Sequence record: SRR20825019_1579
Length of the DNA stretch: 39,954 nt
Strand: one strand, 5' to 3'
Shown here: in pieces, positions 1 through 8,192 of the stretch
Numbering within the stretch: position 1 is the stretch's first letter
Layout: the number at the start of each line of letters is the position of its first letter
Position numbers and translations under genes: made by a program
The notes under the pieces: model-generated
What the model saw: only the letters and a program-made list of their open reading frames with translations
The model's database searches: none
What the model was told of the DNA's origin: nothing

Positions 1-1314
1 TGCACCACCTTCATTGGCAGCTGTATTTCCTTGAATATTACCACCATTAATTATAACAGTAGCAACTCCTGAAATATGTAAACCACCACCATTTCCTGGA
101 CTAGCTGTAGCATTTGGAGCTACACCTGCATTATTTGAATTAAGTGAAACATCCTGCAATGTAAGTGTACCGTCTATAATTTCAATACCACCACCTGCAC
201 GGTTTGCAATATTGTCATTAACAGTTGTGTTAGGATCTGTAACAGTTACATCTCCATCGGTACTTAAAATACCACCACCAGAACCAGAAGTTCCTGTAGC
301 AGAATTATTATTAACTAGTGTTGCACCTGAAACTATTAAAGTTCCACCGTTATTGAATAAACCTCCACCACCGTTAGAACTATCATTTCCTTGAGCTTCG
401 TTATTTGTAACTGTAGTTGCACTAACTGTCATAGTACCTCCAGCTTGATTCCATAAAGCTCCACCTTCTGCACCAGCTATATTATTTACAAAGGTAGATT
501 CTGTTACATTAGTATCACTTGTTCCAGTATTATGCAGCGCACCGCCATTTCCTGGTGTTCCTGTAGCTTGATTACCATTAAAAGTTACATTAGTAATTGT
601 AATTAGGTTTGCAGTATTTGTTTCAATTGCACCTCCAGCACGACCAGCTAAATTTCCATTTAAATCTGAATTTGTAATAGAGAATGTAGTTAAAGGACTA
701 CCTGAAGCAAAATAGATTGCTCCACCACTTCCTGATGCAGCACTAGCAACATTAGTATTAAATTCTGTGCCTGTAATATCTAATGATACGTCTTGGGCGT
801 AGATAGCACCACCGCCACCATTACCAGATGTATCTGACTCAGTTGAGTTATTTATAAAATCACAATCTATGATGGCTAAAGAACTTGGAACAACAATATC
901 ATTTGCTGATATAAATATAGCACCACCACCATCTGCTGTTCCAGTTAGCGAACCATTTTGAATAGTTATTGCCTCAAGTGTTGAAGTTGCACCTGAGATG
1001 ATACCACCATCCATCTGAAAATTAAAAATTCTTCCAGAATTGGAAGAACCATCAATTATCGTGTTACCAGTACCATTACCTGTGATTGTTACATCATCTG
1101 TAACTAATATCTCTCCAGAAGTTAGGTTTACTATAAAGTTTCCATTAAACGTAATGACGTCTGCTCCTGCATTAGCATTGGCTTGAGCAACAGCGTCTCG
1201 AAGGGAACCTGGTCCAGCATCATCGCCGTTTGTCACAATTTGACCAAATGTTAGGCCTGCAACAAACAACAAGGAAAGTGTAAGAAAAAAGTTCCGAGTA
1301 GTTTTTTTTTTCAT
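1..1314 (-). CDS. Large secreted beta-helix repeat surface protein/adhesin (Pmp-like GGAI/FxxN repeats); 3' end runs off the window
   Basis: Not in the ORF track. Hand translation from ATG 1314 is open to base 1 (438 codons): MKKKTTRNFFLTLSLLFVAGLTFG-QIVTNGDDAGPGSLRDAVAQAN... It shows a signal peptide, a GSLRDA motif (CSLREA-like), and repeated GGAI/GGAL/GGGI and F/L/VxxN motifs. T9SS export is plausible, but the C-terminus is outside the window. Confidence 0.9.
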   Translation of the reverse strand, partial: MKKKTTRNFFLTLSLLFVAGLTFGQIVTNGDDAGPGSLRDAVAQANANAGADVITFNGNFIVNLTSGEILVTDDVTITGNGTGNTIIDGSSNSGRIFNFQMDGGIISGATSTLEAITIQNGSLTGTADGGGAIFISANDIVVPSSLAIIDCDFINNSTESDTSGNGGGGAIYAQDVSLDITGTEFNTNVASAASGSGGAIYFASGSPLTTFSITNSDLNGNLAGRAGGAIETNTANLITITNVTFNGNQATGTPGNGGALHNTGTSDTNVTESTFVNNIAGAEGGALWNQAGGTMTVSATTVTNNEAQGNDSSNGGGGLFNNGGTLIVSGATLVNNNSATGTSGSGGGILSTDGDVTVTDPNTTVNDNIANRAGGGIEIIDGTLTLQDVSLNSNNAGVAPNATASPGNGGGLHISGVATVIINGGNIQGNTAANEGGA

Positions 1315-1545
1315 AATGAAATGTTGATTTAGTTAAACTTAGTTATTGCAACTAGTGGATTTAACGCACTATGTTACAAAGTATTAACGATTATTGAGCG
1401 ATGTTGGATTTCAACAACAATCTCTTTAACCTAAGTTTAACTGCTTAACATTACATTAACACCGTTTAGCGATGAAAAATGAAATAAAGCTTATTTATTG
1501 AGATAAATTAACACTTATAATTAACCTGAGTTAATTGTTTGATAA

Positions 1546-2244
1546 TTAAGATCTTCCGGCAAGTTTGTCTTTAACTAATTGTAATATGGTATGAAATTGG
1601 CCGTCGAGCGTAAGTTGAGAGTTATCTATTTCGATAGCATCATTTGCTTTTACTAGTGGAGAATCTTTTCGAGTGGTGTCTATTAAATCTCTTTCAACAA
1701 CATTTTTAAATATGTCTTCGTATTTTACAGAATCGCCTCTTTCTACAAGTTCTTTATATCTTCTTTGAGCACGCTCTTCTGCAGAAGCAGTCATGAATAA
1801 TTTTAAGTCGGCATCTGGAAAAACTACGGTTCCTATATCTCTACCATCCATTACAACACCTTTATCTTTTCCTAGACGTTGTTGTTGGCTTACTAATTTC
1901 TTTCTTACTTCTGAGACTGTTGCGATAGGACTTACAAAACTTGAAACTTCTAACGTTCTTATTTGATGCTCTACATTTTCGCCATTTAGTAATACTTCAG
2001 CAAAACCCTTTTCTTCATTGAATTTGAAGTTTATTTCAATATTATCTAATTCTTTAATGAGCGTTTCTTTATTAAAAACAGATTCAGAAATTATAGAATT
2101 ATTTAATGCATATAATGTAACGGCTCTATACATAGCTCCTGTATCTACATATATATAGTTAAGATAGTTTGCTAATTGTTTAGCTACTGTGCTTTTCCCT
2201 GTAGAGGAATATCCATCTATTGCTATTGTGATCTTTTTCTGCAT
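1546..2244 (-). CDS. cmk: Cytidylate kinase
   Basis: IAIDGYSSTGKST P-loop, YVDTGAMYRA, VMDGRDIGTVVFPDA. Confidence 0.97.
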   Translation of the reverse strand: MQKKITIAIDGYSSTGKSTVAKQLANYLNYIYVDTGAMYRAVTLYALNNSIISESVFNKETLIKELDNIEINFKFNEEKGFAEVLLNGENVEHQIRTLEVSSFVSPIATVSEVRKKLVSQQQRLGKDKGVVMDGRDIGTVVFPDADLKLFMTASAEERAQRRYKELVERGDSVKYEDIFKNVVERDLIDTTRKDSPLVKANDAIEIDNSQLTLDGQFHTILQLVKDKLAGRS

Positions 2245-3278
2245 TATTGTAAATCTATATTTAAACCAAAAAAACTTGAACTTGCAGCGCTATTATAGCG
2301 AGCATAAGCATAATTAAATCTTACTCTATTAAATTTTATTCCGAAACCAGCACTAATACCAGCAAAGGATCTTTGGTCTACAATTCTTAATTCTTCACCT
2401 CTTCTAAAGCTGTAACCTAATCTAATATTAAATCCGCCTTTAGGAAAAAGCTCTACTCCTAATATTGTATGTCTTAATACATTATTAAAAAAACCAGGAT
2501 CATCTTCAATAACATTTCCAGAAAGATCTTCTTCGTCTCTATTTGTATTTCTGAATGCTATATCCCATTGTTGCAAATTTTCAAAAGTTAAATGCCATTG
2601 TAAAGGCACTTTTCTTAACTGTTGAGAAATTCCGAAGTTAACTTCAAAAGGTATACTTTCGTAAGTATCATCGTAAGCTGTAAATTGAGTTCCTATATTT
2701 CTTGCTACTGCAGCTATAACTAAATCCCAATCTTCATAAAAATAAGTAACACCTATATCTAATGCACCACCTAAAGAAGAGTACTGTTCTAATTTTGATG
2801 ATATAAATTTAGCATTTGCTCCAATATAAAAATCTGAGTATGGTATGTTGTAAGCATAGCCTAAAGACAAAGCTGCTTCTCCTCCACTAAAAGAATTGGT
2901 AGCATTACCATTTTCGTCATAACCATCGAAACTTCCATAATTTATATATGTTATGCCTGCGTGTATGACTTGTGTTCTTCTATCATATAAATAGGCATAA
3001 CTAGCGGTACCATAATTAACATCTGCTATATAGTTTACATAATTTACAGACAACTGGTTGTCCATCCTAAAATTTATATTAGCGGGATTGTAAAGACCAG
3101 ATGTAGGATCCTGATCATAAATTGTAATATTCTTACCACCCAAAGCAGCTTGTCTTGGAGAGTTTATAAGATTTAAGAATTGATATGTAGATTGTCCTCC
3201 AATTTGTCCATATAAGGTATCATTATTTATGATACAAAAAAATACAATGGCGGCTAAAACATAAAATCGTTGCTGCAT
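2244..3278 (-). CDS. porQ: Type IX secretion system outer-membrane beta-barrel protein PorQ
   Basis: Signal peptide then QIGGQSTYQFLNL...SPRQAALGG, YNPA, amphipathic beta-strands, and position directly upstream of cmk. Start moved to ATG 3278 because the track's GTG 3284 lies within the -7 promoter element. Confidence 0.88.
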   Translation of the reverse strand: MQQRFYVLAAIVFFCIINNDTLYGQIGGQSTYQFLNLINSPRQAALGGKNITIYDQDPTSGLYNPANINFRMDNQLSVNYVNYIADVNYGTASYAYLYDRRTQVIHAGITYINYGSFDGYDENGNATNSFSGGEAALSLGYAYNIPYSDFYIGANAKFISSKLEQYSSLGGALDIGVTYFYEDWDLVIAAVARNIGTQFTAYDDTYESIPFEVNFGISQQLRKVPLQWHLTFENLQQWDIAFRNTNRDEEDLSGNVIEDDPGFFNNVLRHTILGVELFPKGGFNIRLGYSFRRGEELRIVDQRSFAGISAGFGIKFNRVRFNYAYARYNSAASSSFFGLNIDLQ

Positions 3279-3283
3279 AGGCA

Positions 3284-3291
3284 CAAATGTA
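3284..3291 (-). promoter_or_regulatory. Bacteroidota sigma70 -7 element (TACATTTG) for porQ-cmk
   Basis: Exact match to TAnnTTTG, 5 nt upstream of ATG 3278. Confidence 0.65.
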
Positions 3292-3625
3292 ATTAAAACT
3301 ACAATTGAAACGCAGAGCTCTTTTTTTTATTTCATTATGAGTATTACCAATAAATAAAGTACCAGCAGACAATATTAATTTTTCCTACAAATAACTCAAA
3401 AGAATAAAATACTGAAAATGAACACACTATTATTTCATCGCTCAAATAATTAACACTTATTTAGGAACTTTAATCTGATATATTGGTACTTTATAAATAT
3501 GGTGTGAAAGTTTTCTAAAATTATCTGATTGTTAACATTTTATAGTTCTAAATAATATAATTTAGCATGTGTATTAATACTATAAATATTTAGCCTCTTA
3601 TTAAACAATTAAAAAACAATCTCTT

Positions 3626-4168
3626 ATGAAAACTTTCAAAAATTTAGCATTTACAGCAATTCTTTCAACTTTTGGCATTTTAACAGTTTCGGCTCAATTA
3701 ACAAATGTTGCAACAGCAAACGCATCTGCAACAATTGTACAAGACCTAAAAATTGAAAAAACAAATGACCTTAATTTTGGTGTGGTTATACCATCTTCTT
3801 CTGCATCATCATTTATTTTAGCACCAGCTGGTGGTTTAACAATAAGTATAGGATCATTGAGTCAAATATTAAGTGATCAGACAGCAGCTAGCCCAGAGGC
3901 AGCAGCCTTTACAGTAACTGGTTCTGGTGTTTCTATTTTTACTATATCATTACCTTCTTCAATAACAATTACGAATGCAAATGATGATACGATGACTGTA
4001 GATACTTTTCTATCTAGTTTACCTATTGCTGGTGTAACTTTAGGAGGAGTATTAGGTGACTTAAGTATTACTGAAGACTTTACAGTAGGTGCTAAACTAA
4101 ACGTTGGTGCAGACCAAGCAGCTGGTTTATATACTGGAACATTTGATGTGACTGTAAACTACCTATAA
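3626..4168 (+). CDS. DUF4402-like secreted protein; putative major pilin of a chaperone-usher-type system
   Basis: Signal peptide (TVSA/Q), alternating N-terminal strand ATANASATIV, DLNFG motif, C-terminal GLYTGTFDVTVNY strand; first gene of a chaperone/usher cluster. Confidence 0.75.
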   Translation: MKTFKNLAFTAILSTFGILTVSAQLTNVATANASATIVQDLKIEKTNDLNFGVVIPSSSASSFILAPAGGLTISIGSLSQILSDQTAASPEAAAFTVTGSGVSIFTISLPSSITITNANDDTMTVDTFLSSLPIAGVTLGGVLGDLSITEDFTVGAKLNVGADQAAGLYTGTFDVTVNYL

Positions 4169-4188
4169 TATTAACAACATAATATTAT

Positions 4189-4224
4189 AAAAAGTACCAT
4201 CATTTTTAGATGGTACTTTTTTTT
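4189..4224 (+). terminator. Rho-independent terminator between the major pilin and chaperone genes
   Basis: AAAAAGTACCATC-attttta-GATGGTACTTTTTTTT perfect stem plus T-tract. Confidence 0.9.
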
Positions 4225-4274
4225 ATCTCAAGTAATTAATACTTTTATATTTACATCTCTTATAATTCTAAGTT

Positions 4275-5093
4275 ATGAAGCATTCTTTATATATATTATT
4301 TTTAGTATTAAGTATTTCTAGTTGTTTTCCTCAAGGAGATTTGTCTGTTGTGCCTAGGCGAATTGTTTTTGAAAATGGTAATAAACGCTCAGAAACACTA
4401 TATCTTACTAATAGAGGGAAAGATACTGCTACTTATAATCTTTTATATGTAAACTATAAGGTAGATAACTCTGGTACTTTTGTAAGAGTTGAAGAAGACT
4501 CAATAGAAAACCCATCTAGTAAAAATTTTAGGTTTTTTCCAAGACGTGTCACCTTAGCACCAAACCAAACACAAACCGTAAAATTACAACTCAGAAATTT
4601 TTCAGATTTAGAAGATGGTGAGTATAGGTCTCACCTATTATTTAAAGGTGTACCAAGAAATAATGCAAGAACAAGTGTTCTAGAAACAGATAATGATGCT
4701 GCAATGGGTGTAAACCTTAAAGCTGTTTATGGATTAACGATCCCAAATATTATTAGAAAAGGAACATATAATACTACTGTAGCTATAAAAGATGTGAGTA
4801 TGCCATTTTTAGAAGATAATAAAAGAGCTCTTTCTTTTAAGGTTAGTAAAACCGGTAACATGTCTATTTATGGTGCAATAAATATAGATTATCTTAATGG
4901 TGATGGTTCAATTGAAAATATTGGAGAAATACCAGGAATTGCTATCTACGCTAAAAATGACCATAGAGTTGTAAATATGTTATTGCCAGATGAGTTTACT
5001 AATTTAAACGAAGGCAATATTCAAATTTCTCTTACTAGTAAAGAAGAAAGGAATATAAATGATATTATTGCTGAATATGTTATAAAACTCTAA
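4275..5093 (+). CDS. PapD-like periplasmic pilus assembly chaperone
   Basis: LSVVPRRIVF, LYLTN, FFPRRVTLAPNQTQTVKL, EYRSHLLFKGVP and G1-like strand VNLKAVYGLTIPNIIR follow the PapD N-domain pattern; N-terminal signal peptide. Confidence 0.8.
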   Translation: MKHSLYILFLVLSISSCFPQGDLSVVPRRIVFENGNKRSETLYLTNRGKDTATYNLLYVNYKVDNSGTFVRVEEDSIENPSSKNFRFFPRRVTLAPNQTQTVKLQLRNFSDLEDGEYRSHLLFKGVPRNNARTSVLETDNDAAMGVNLKAVYGLTIPNIIRKGTYNTTVAIKDVSMPFLEDNKRALSFKVSKTGNMSIYGAINIDYLNGDGSIENIGEIPGIAIYAKNDHRVVNMLLPDEFTNLNEGNIQISLTSKEERNINDIIAEYVIKL

Positions 5094-5557
5094 TGAATAC
5101 TTTAAAGATTCTCTTATTCTTAATTTTTTGTTCTGCTTGTAATAACAGCTTTGGACAGACTATAATTGCGCAAAATTTAGAGCCTTATGATTTTGGTATG
5201 TTTACATTAGGTGGTCAATCTTCTGGAGTATTAAATTTATCAGAAAATTCTTCTTTAACAACATCTCAAGGAATTACCTTATTAAACCAAAGCACTATAT
5301 CATCTGCTAAGTTTTTAGTTACCACAACAAGTGTATTCCCAATTAATGTATCAATATCCACATCAGATGTATATTTAGTGAATCAATTTAATGAGACTAT
5401 TCTTTTGCAACCAGAATTACCAAATGATGAGTCTTTTAATATATCGGTATTAAATCCACTCACAGTTTCTTTAGGGGCTAGCCTACTCATAAGCAATAAT
5501 TCGCCAGGGCATTATAATGGCGACGTAGAAGTTATGTTTATAATTAATTCTGAATGA
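5093..5557 (+). CDS. Second DUF4402-like protein; putative minor/tip pilin
   Basis: Aligns by eye with 3626-4168 (YDFG/LNFG, AKFLVT/AAFTVT, LGASLLI/VGAKLNV, GHYNGDVEV/GLYTGTFDV); TAATG overlap with the chaperone stop. Confidence 0.65.
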   Translation: MNTLKILLFLIFCSACNNSFGQTIIAQNLEPYDFGMFTLGGQSSGVLNLSENSSLTTSQGITLLNQSTISSAKFLVTTTSVFPINVSISTSDVYLVNQFNETILLQPELPNDESFNISVLNPLTVSLGASLLISNNSPGHYNGDVEVMFIINSE

Positions 5558-8190
5558 GTAAAACTTTACGCATTATTCCATTCAAAATATTAATTCGGAG
5601 TCTCATTCTCTTAGGGTTTGTTTTAATTTCATTATTACCGTTTCAATCATACTCTCAAATTTCTCAAGATTGTGACGAGGTCATTGTAAGGTTATTTATT
5701 GAAGGTTTACGAGATTCTGAAGTATCTTCAATTATATGTGAAAACAAAACCTATATTTCTATAAATGAGTTATTTGCAATAACAAAAGTTAAGTTATCTC
5801 TCATAAATGATGATGCATCAATAGTTGAAGGTTTTATAAGCTCTCCAGAAGATGTCTATATCATAGATACAGAACAACAGGAAATTATTTTTAGAGATAA
5901 TAGATACTCATTAGAGAAAGATGATGTTTATTTAAGTGATAAAAACCTATATTTAAGCTTAGAGCGCTTAGACGCTGTATTTAAATTTGAAAGTGATTTT
6001 ATTTATAGAGAATTGGCAATTGTTACTAAAAGTGCAATTGAGTTGCCAGCAATGAAAGAGGCACGTATTCTTGAGCGGCGTCTTAATCTAAATAAAATAA
6101 CTAATACAGTTTATGTAGGAGATACTCTTGCACGACGAGAAAGACCTTGGATAGAGTTTGGTGCACTCACCTATGCTGTAAACACTTCGCAAGTTGTAAA
6201 TGGAAATTCATTTAATAGATTTCAACTTTCAACTGGTGGTCAACTTTTAGGAGGAGATTTAGCAGCAAACTTTGTAAGTAATGCACAAACTCCTTTAACC
6301 CTAAGAAACTTTTCTGCCACCTATAAATATGTAGATAATACTGATACTAACTTTAAACAATTTAGTCTAGGTAATGTAGGTACAAACTCTATTGCCACTA
6401 ATTTTGCACCGTTAATTGGAGGACAAATTACAAACAGATCTACTCAATTAAGAAATACTTTTGAATACTATAACCTCACTGAATATACTGAGCCTTTTTG
6501 GACTGTAGAGCTTTACATTAATGATGTATTGGTAGATTATACAGAAGCAGATGCAACAGGTCTTTTTAGCTTTTCTATTCCTGTAGTTTATGGAAGGACA
6601 AATGTAGATTTAAGGTATTTTGGAAGATTTGGCGAGGAACAAACCGAAGAACGATTTATAAACGTTCCTTTTAGTTTTTTGCCACCTAAAGAATTTGAAT
6701 ATCAACTAACGGCAGGAACTTTTGCAGAGGAAACCGGAAGTGTCTTTTCACAAATTAGAGGAAGTTATGGTGCAACAAGGTTTTTAACTCTAAATGCAGG
6801 TACAGAATATGTTAAGACAAGAGGAAATATTAGCTTCTACCCTTTTTTATCTACCAACCTTAAGATTAAAAACAATCTAATATTTTCTTCAGAGTATGCT
6901 TTGGGCGTTCGGTTTAAGAGTACAATTAATTACTTTTCTACCTCAAACTTTAATATTCAGGCAAACTATACAGAGTTAGATGAAAACCAAACTGTAGTAT
7001 TTCAAGGAGCAAACAGGCAGTTAGATGCTACTGTAGCATTTCCTTTAAGATATAAGTTTATACAAGGGTTTTCAAGATTTAGATTCGATTACAGATCTAA
7101 CAGAAATGGTAATTATTCTACCAACACTCAATACATTTATAATGGAAAAATATTTGGTCTAAGTTCTAACTTAACCACCAGTATTTTAAAAAATGCTAAC
7201 GCCAATGCATTATATAGATTAAGAGGATTTACAACCTTTGAAATTTATAACGGCTTCTTAATGTCTCCAGAGATATTATATGAAATCTCACAAAACAAAA
7301 TTAACTATGCCAGAGTAAGAATTAGAAAGAATTTATACGGAAGAGGATTACTAGATTTTAGTTATACAAGAGAGTTCTTTTCAAACTCAAACTTATTTAG
7401 CTTAGGGTTACGATGGGACTTTAACTTTGCTCGTACTGGAGCAAATATTGCTATTAGTGAAGACTTAGTAACCTTAGGGCAAAATATATCTGGTGGTTTA
7501 CTATTTAATAATTATGACAACCACTTAAGCTTTGATAAAAACATAACTCTAAACAGAGCTAATCTTGTGTTTAAACCATTTTTAGATTTAAACGACAATG
7601 ATATAAAAGATGAGGATGAACCTGTAGTTGTAGGCCTTGGCGGTAAGTTAAACAAAGGTAGAAATGGAAACCAGATGCCTAATGGAGATTTACAGTTTAA
7701 TAGTTTAGAGCCCTACATAGATTATTATGTTGAGTTAAATACAGACAACACAGAAAGTGTTGCTTATAAATTAAAATACGATTCTTACAATATTACACTT
7801 AGCCCAAATAAAATTACTACTATTGAAGTTCCTGTAAAAATATCTGGTGAAGTCGCAGGATATGTCTTCAGGTCTAAAAATGGAACTCAACAACCGTTTA
7901 GCCGAATTAAAATAAATATCCTAGATGAAAAATTTAATACTGTAGCCACAGTATTATCAGAATACGATGGTTATTTCTCTTACTTAGGATTATTAAGTGG
8001 AAATTACTCTGCAAGAGTTGATAATGAACAACTTCAGAAAATATTTTACTCTACTAAAAGTCCAGTAATTAATTTTACAATAGATAATAGCAAGTACGGA
8101 GATATCTTAGACAACCTAGAGTTTTACTTAGATCCTAAAGAACCTCAGTTTGATCTTTATGAGACTATTGTTAAGTACTTTACGTTTTAA
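5554..8190 (+). CDS. Usher-like outer-membrane protein
   Basis: 878 aa, signal peptide, extensive amphipathic beta-strands, plug-like segment TVELYINDVLVD...GLFSFSIPVVYGRTNVDLRYFGRFGEE...FLPPKEFEYQLTAG (6502-6717), and two predicted C-terminal beta-sandwich domains; ATGA overlap with the upstream gene. Confidence 0.75.
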   Translation: MSKTLRIIPFKILIRSLILLGFVLISLLPFQSYSQISQDCDEVIVRLFIEGLRDSEVSSIICENKTYISINELFAITKVKLSLINDDASIVEGFISSPEDVYIIDTEQQEIIFRDNRYSLEKDDVYLSDKNLYLSLERLDAVFKFESDFIYRELAIVTKSAIELPAMKEARILERRLNLNKITNTVYVGDTLARRERPWIEFGALTYAVNTSQVVNGNSFNRFQLSTGGQLLGGDLAANFVSNAQTPLTLRNFSATYKYVDNTDTNFKQFSLGNVGTNSIATNFAPLIGGQITNRSTQLRNTFEYYNLTEYTEPFWTVELYINDVLVDYTEADATGLFSFSIPVVYGRTNVDLRYFGRFGEEQTEERFINVPFSFLPPKEFEYQLTAGTFAEETGSVFSQIRGSYGATRFLTLNAGTEYVKTRGNISFYPFLSTNLKIKNNLIFSSEYALGVRFKSTINYFSTSNFNIQANYTELDENQTVVFQGANRQLDATVAFPLRYKFIQGFSRFRFDYRSNRNGNYSTNTQYIYNGKIFGLSSNLTTSILKNANANALYRLRGFTTFEIYNGFLMSPEILYEISQNKINYARVRIRKNLYGRGLLDFSYTREFFSNSNLFSLGLRWDFNFARTGANIAISEDLVTLGQNISGGLLFNNYDNHLSFDKNITLNRANLVFKPFLDLNDNDIKDEDEPVVVGLGGKLNKGRNGNQMPNGDLQFNSLEPYIDYYVELNTDNTESVAYKLKYDSYNITLSPNKITTIEVPVKISGEVAGYVFRSKNGTQQPFSRIKINILDEKFNTVATVLSEYDGYFSYLGLLSGNYSARVDNEQLQKIFYSTKSPVINFTIDNSKYGDILDNLEFYLDPKEPQFDLYETIVKYFTF

Positions 8191-8192
8191 TG

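Noticed and set aside
212-394. 60-aa plus-strand ORF rich in Pro
   Set aside because: Antisense shadow of the adhesin; its PPP runs mirror the adhesin's Gly codons.
3626-8190. Pilus cluster as a type V pilus locus or a mobile element
   Set aside because: The major subunit has no lipobox or Arg/Lys-cleaved propeptide, and chaperone/usher-like genes are present. No integrase, transposase, tRNA or flanking direct repeats were seen.
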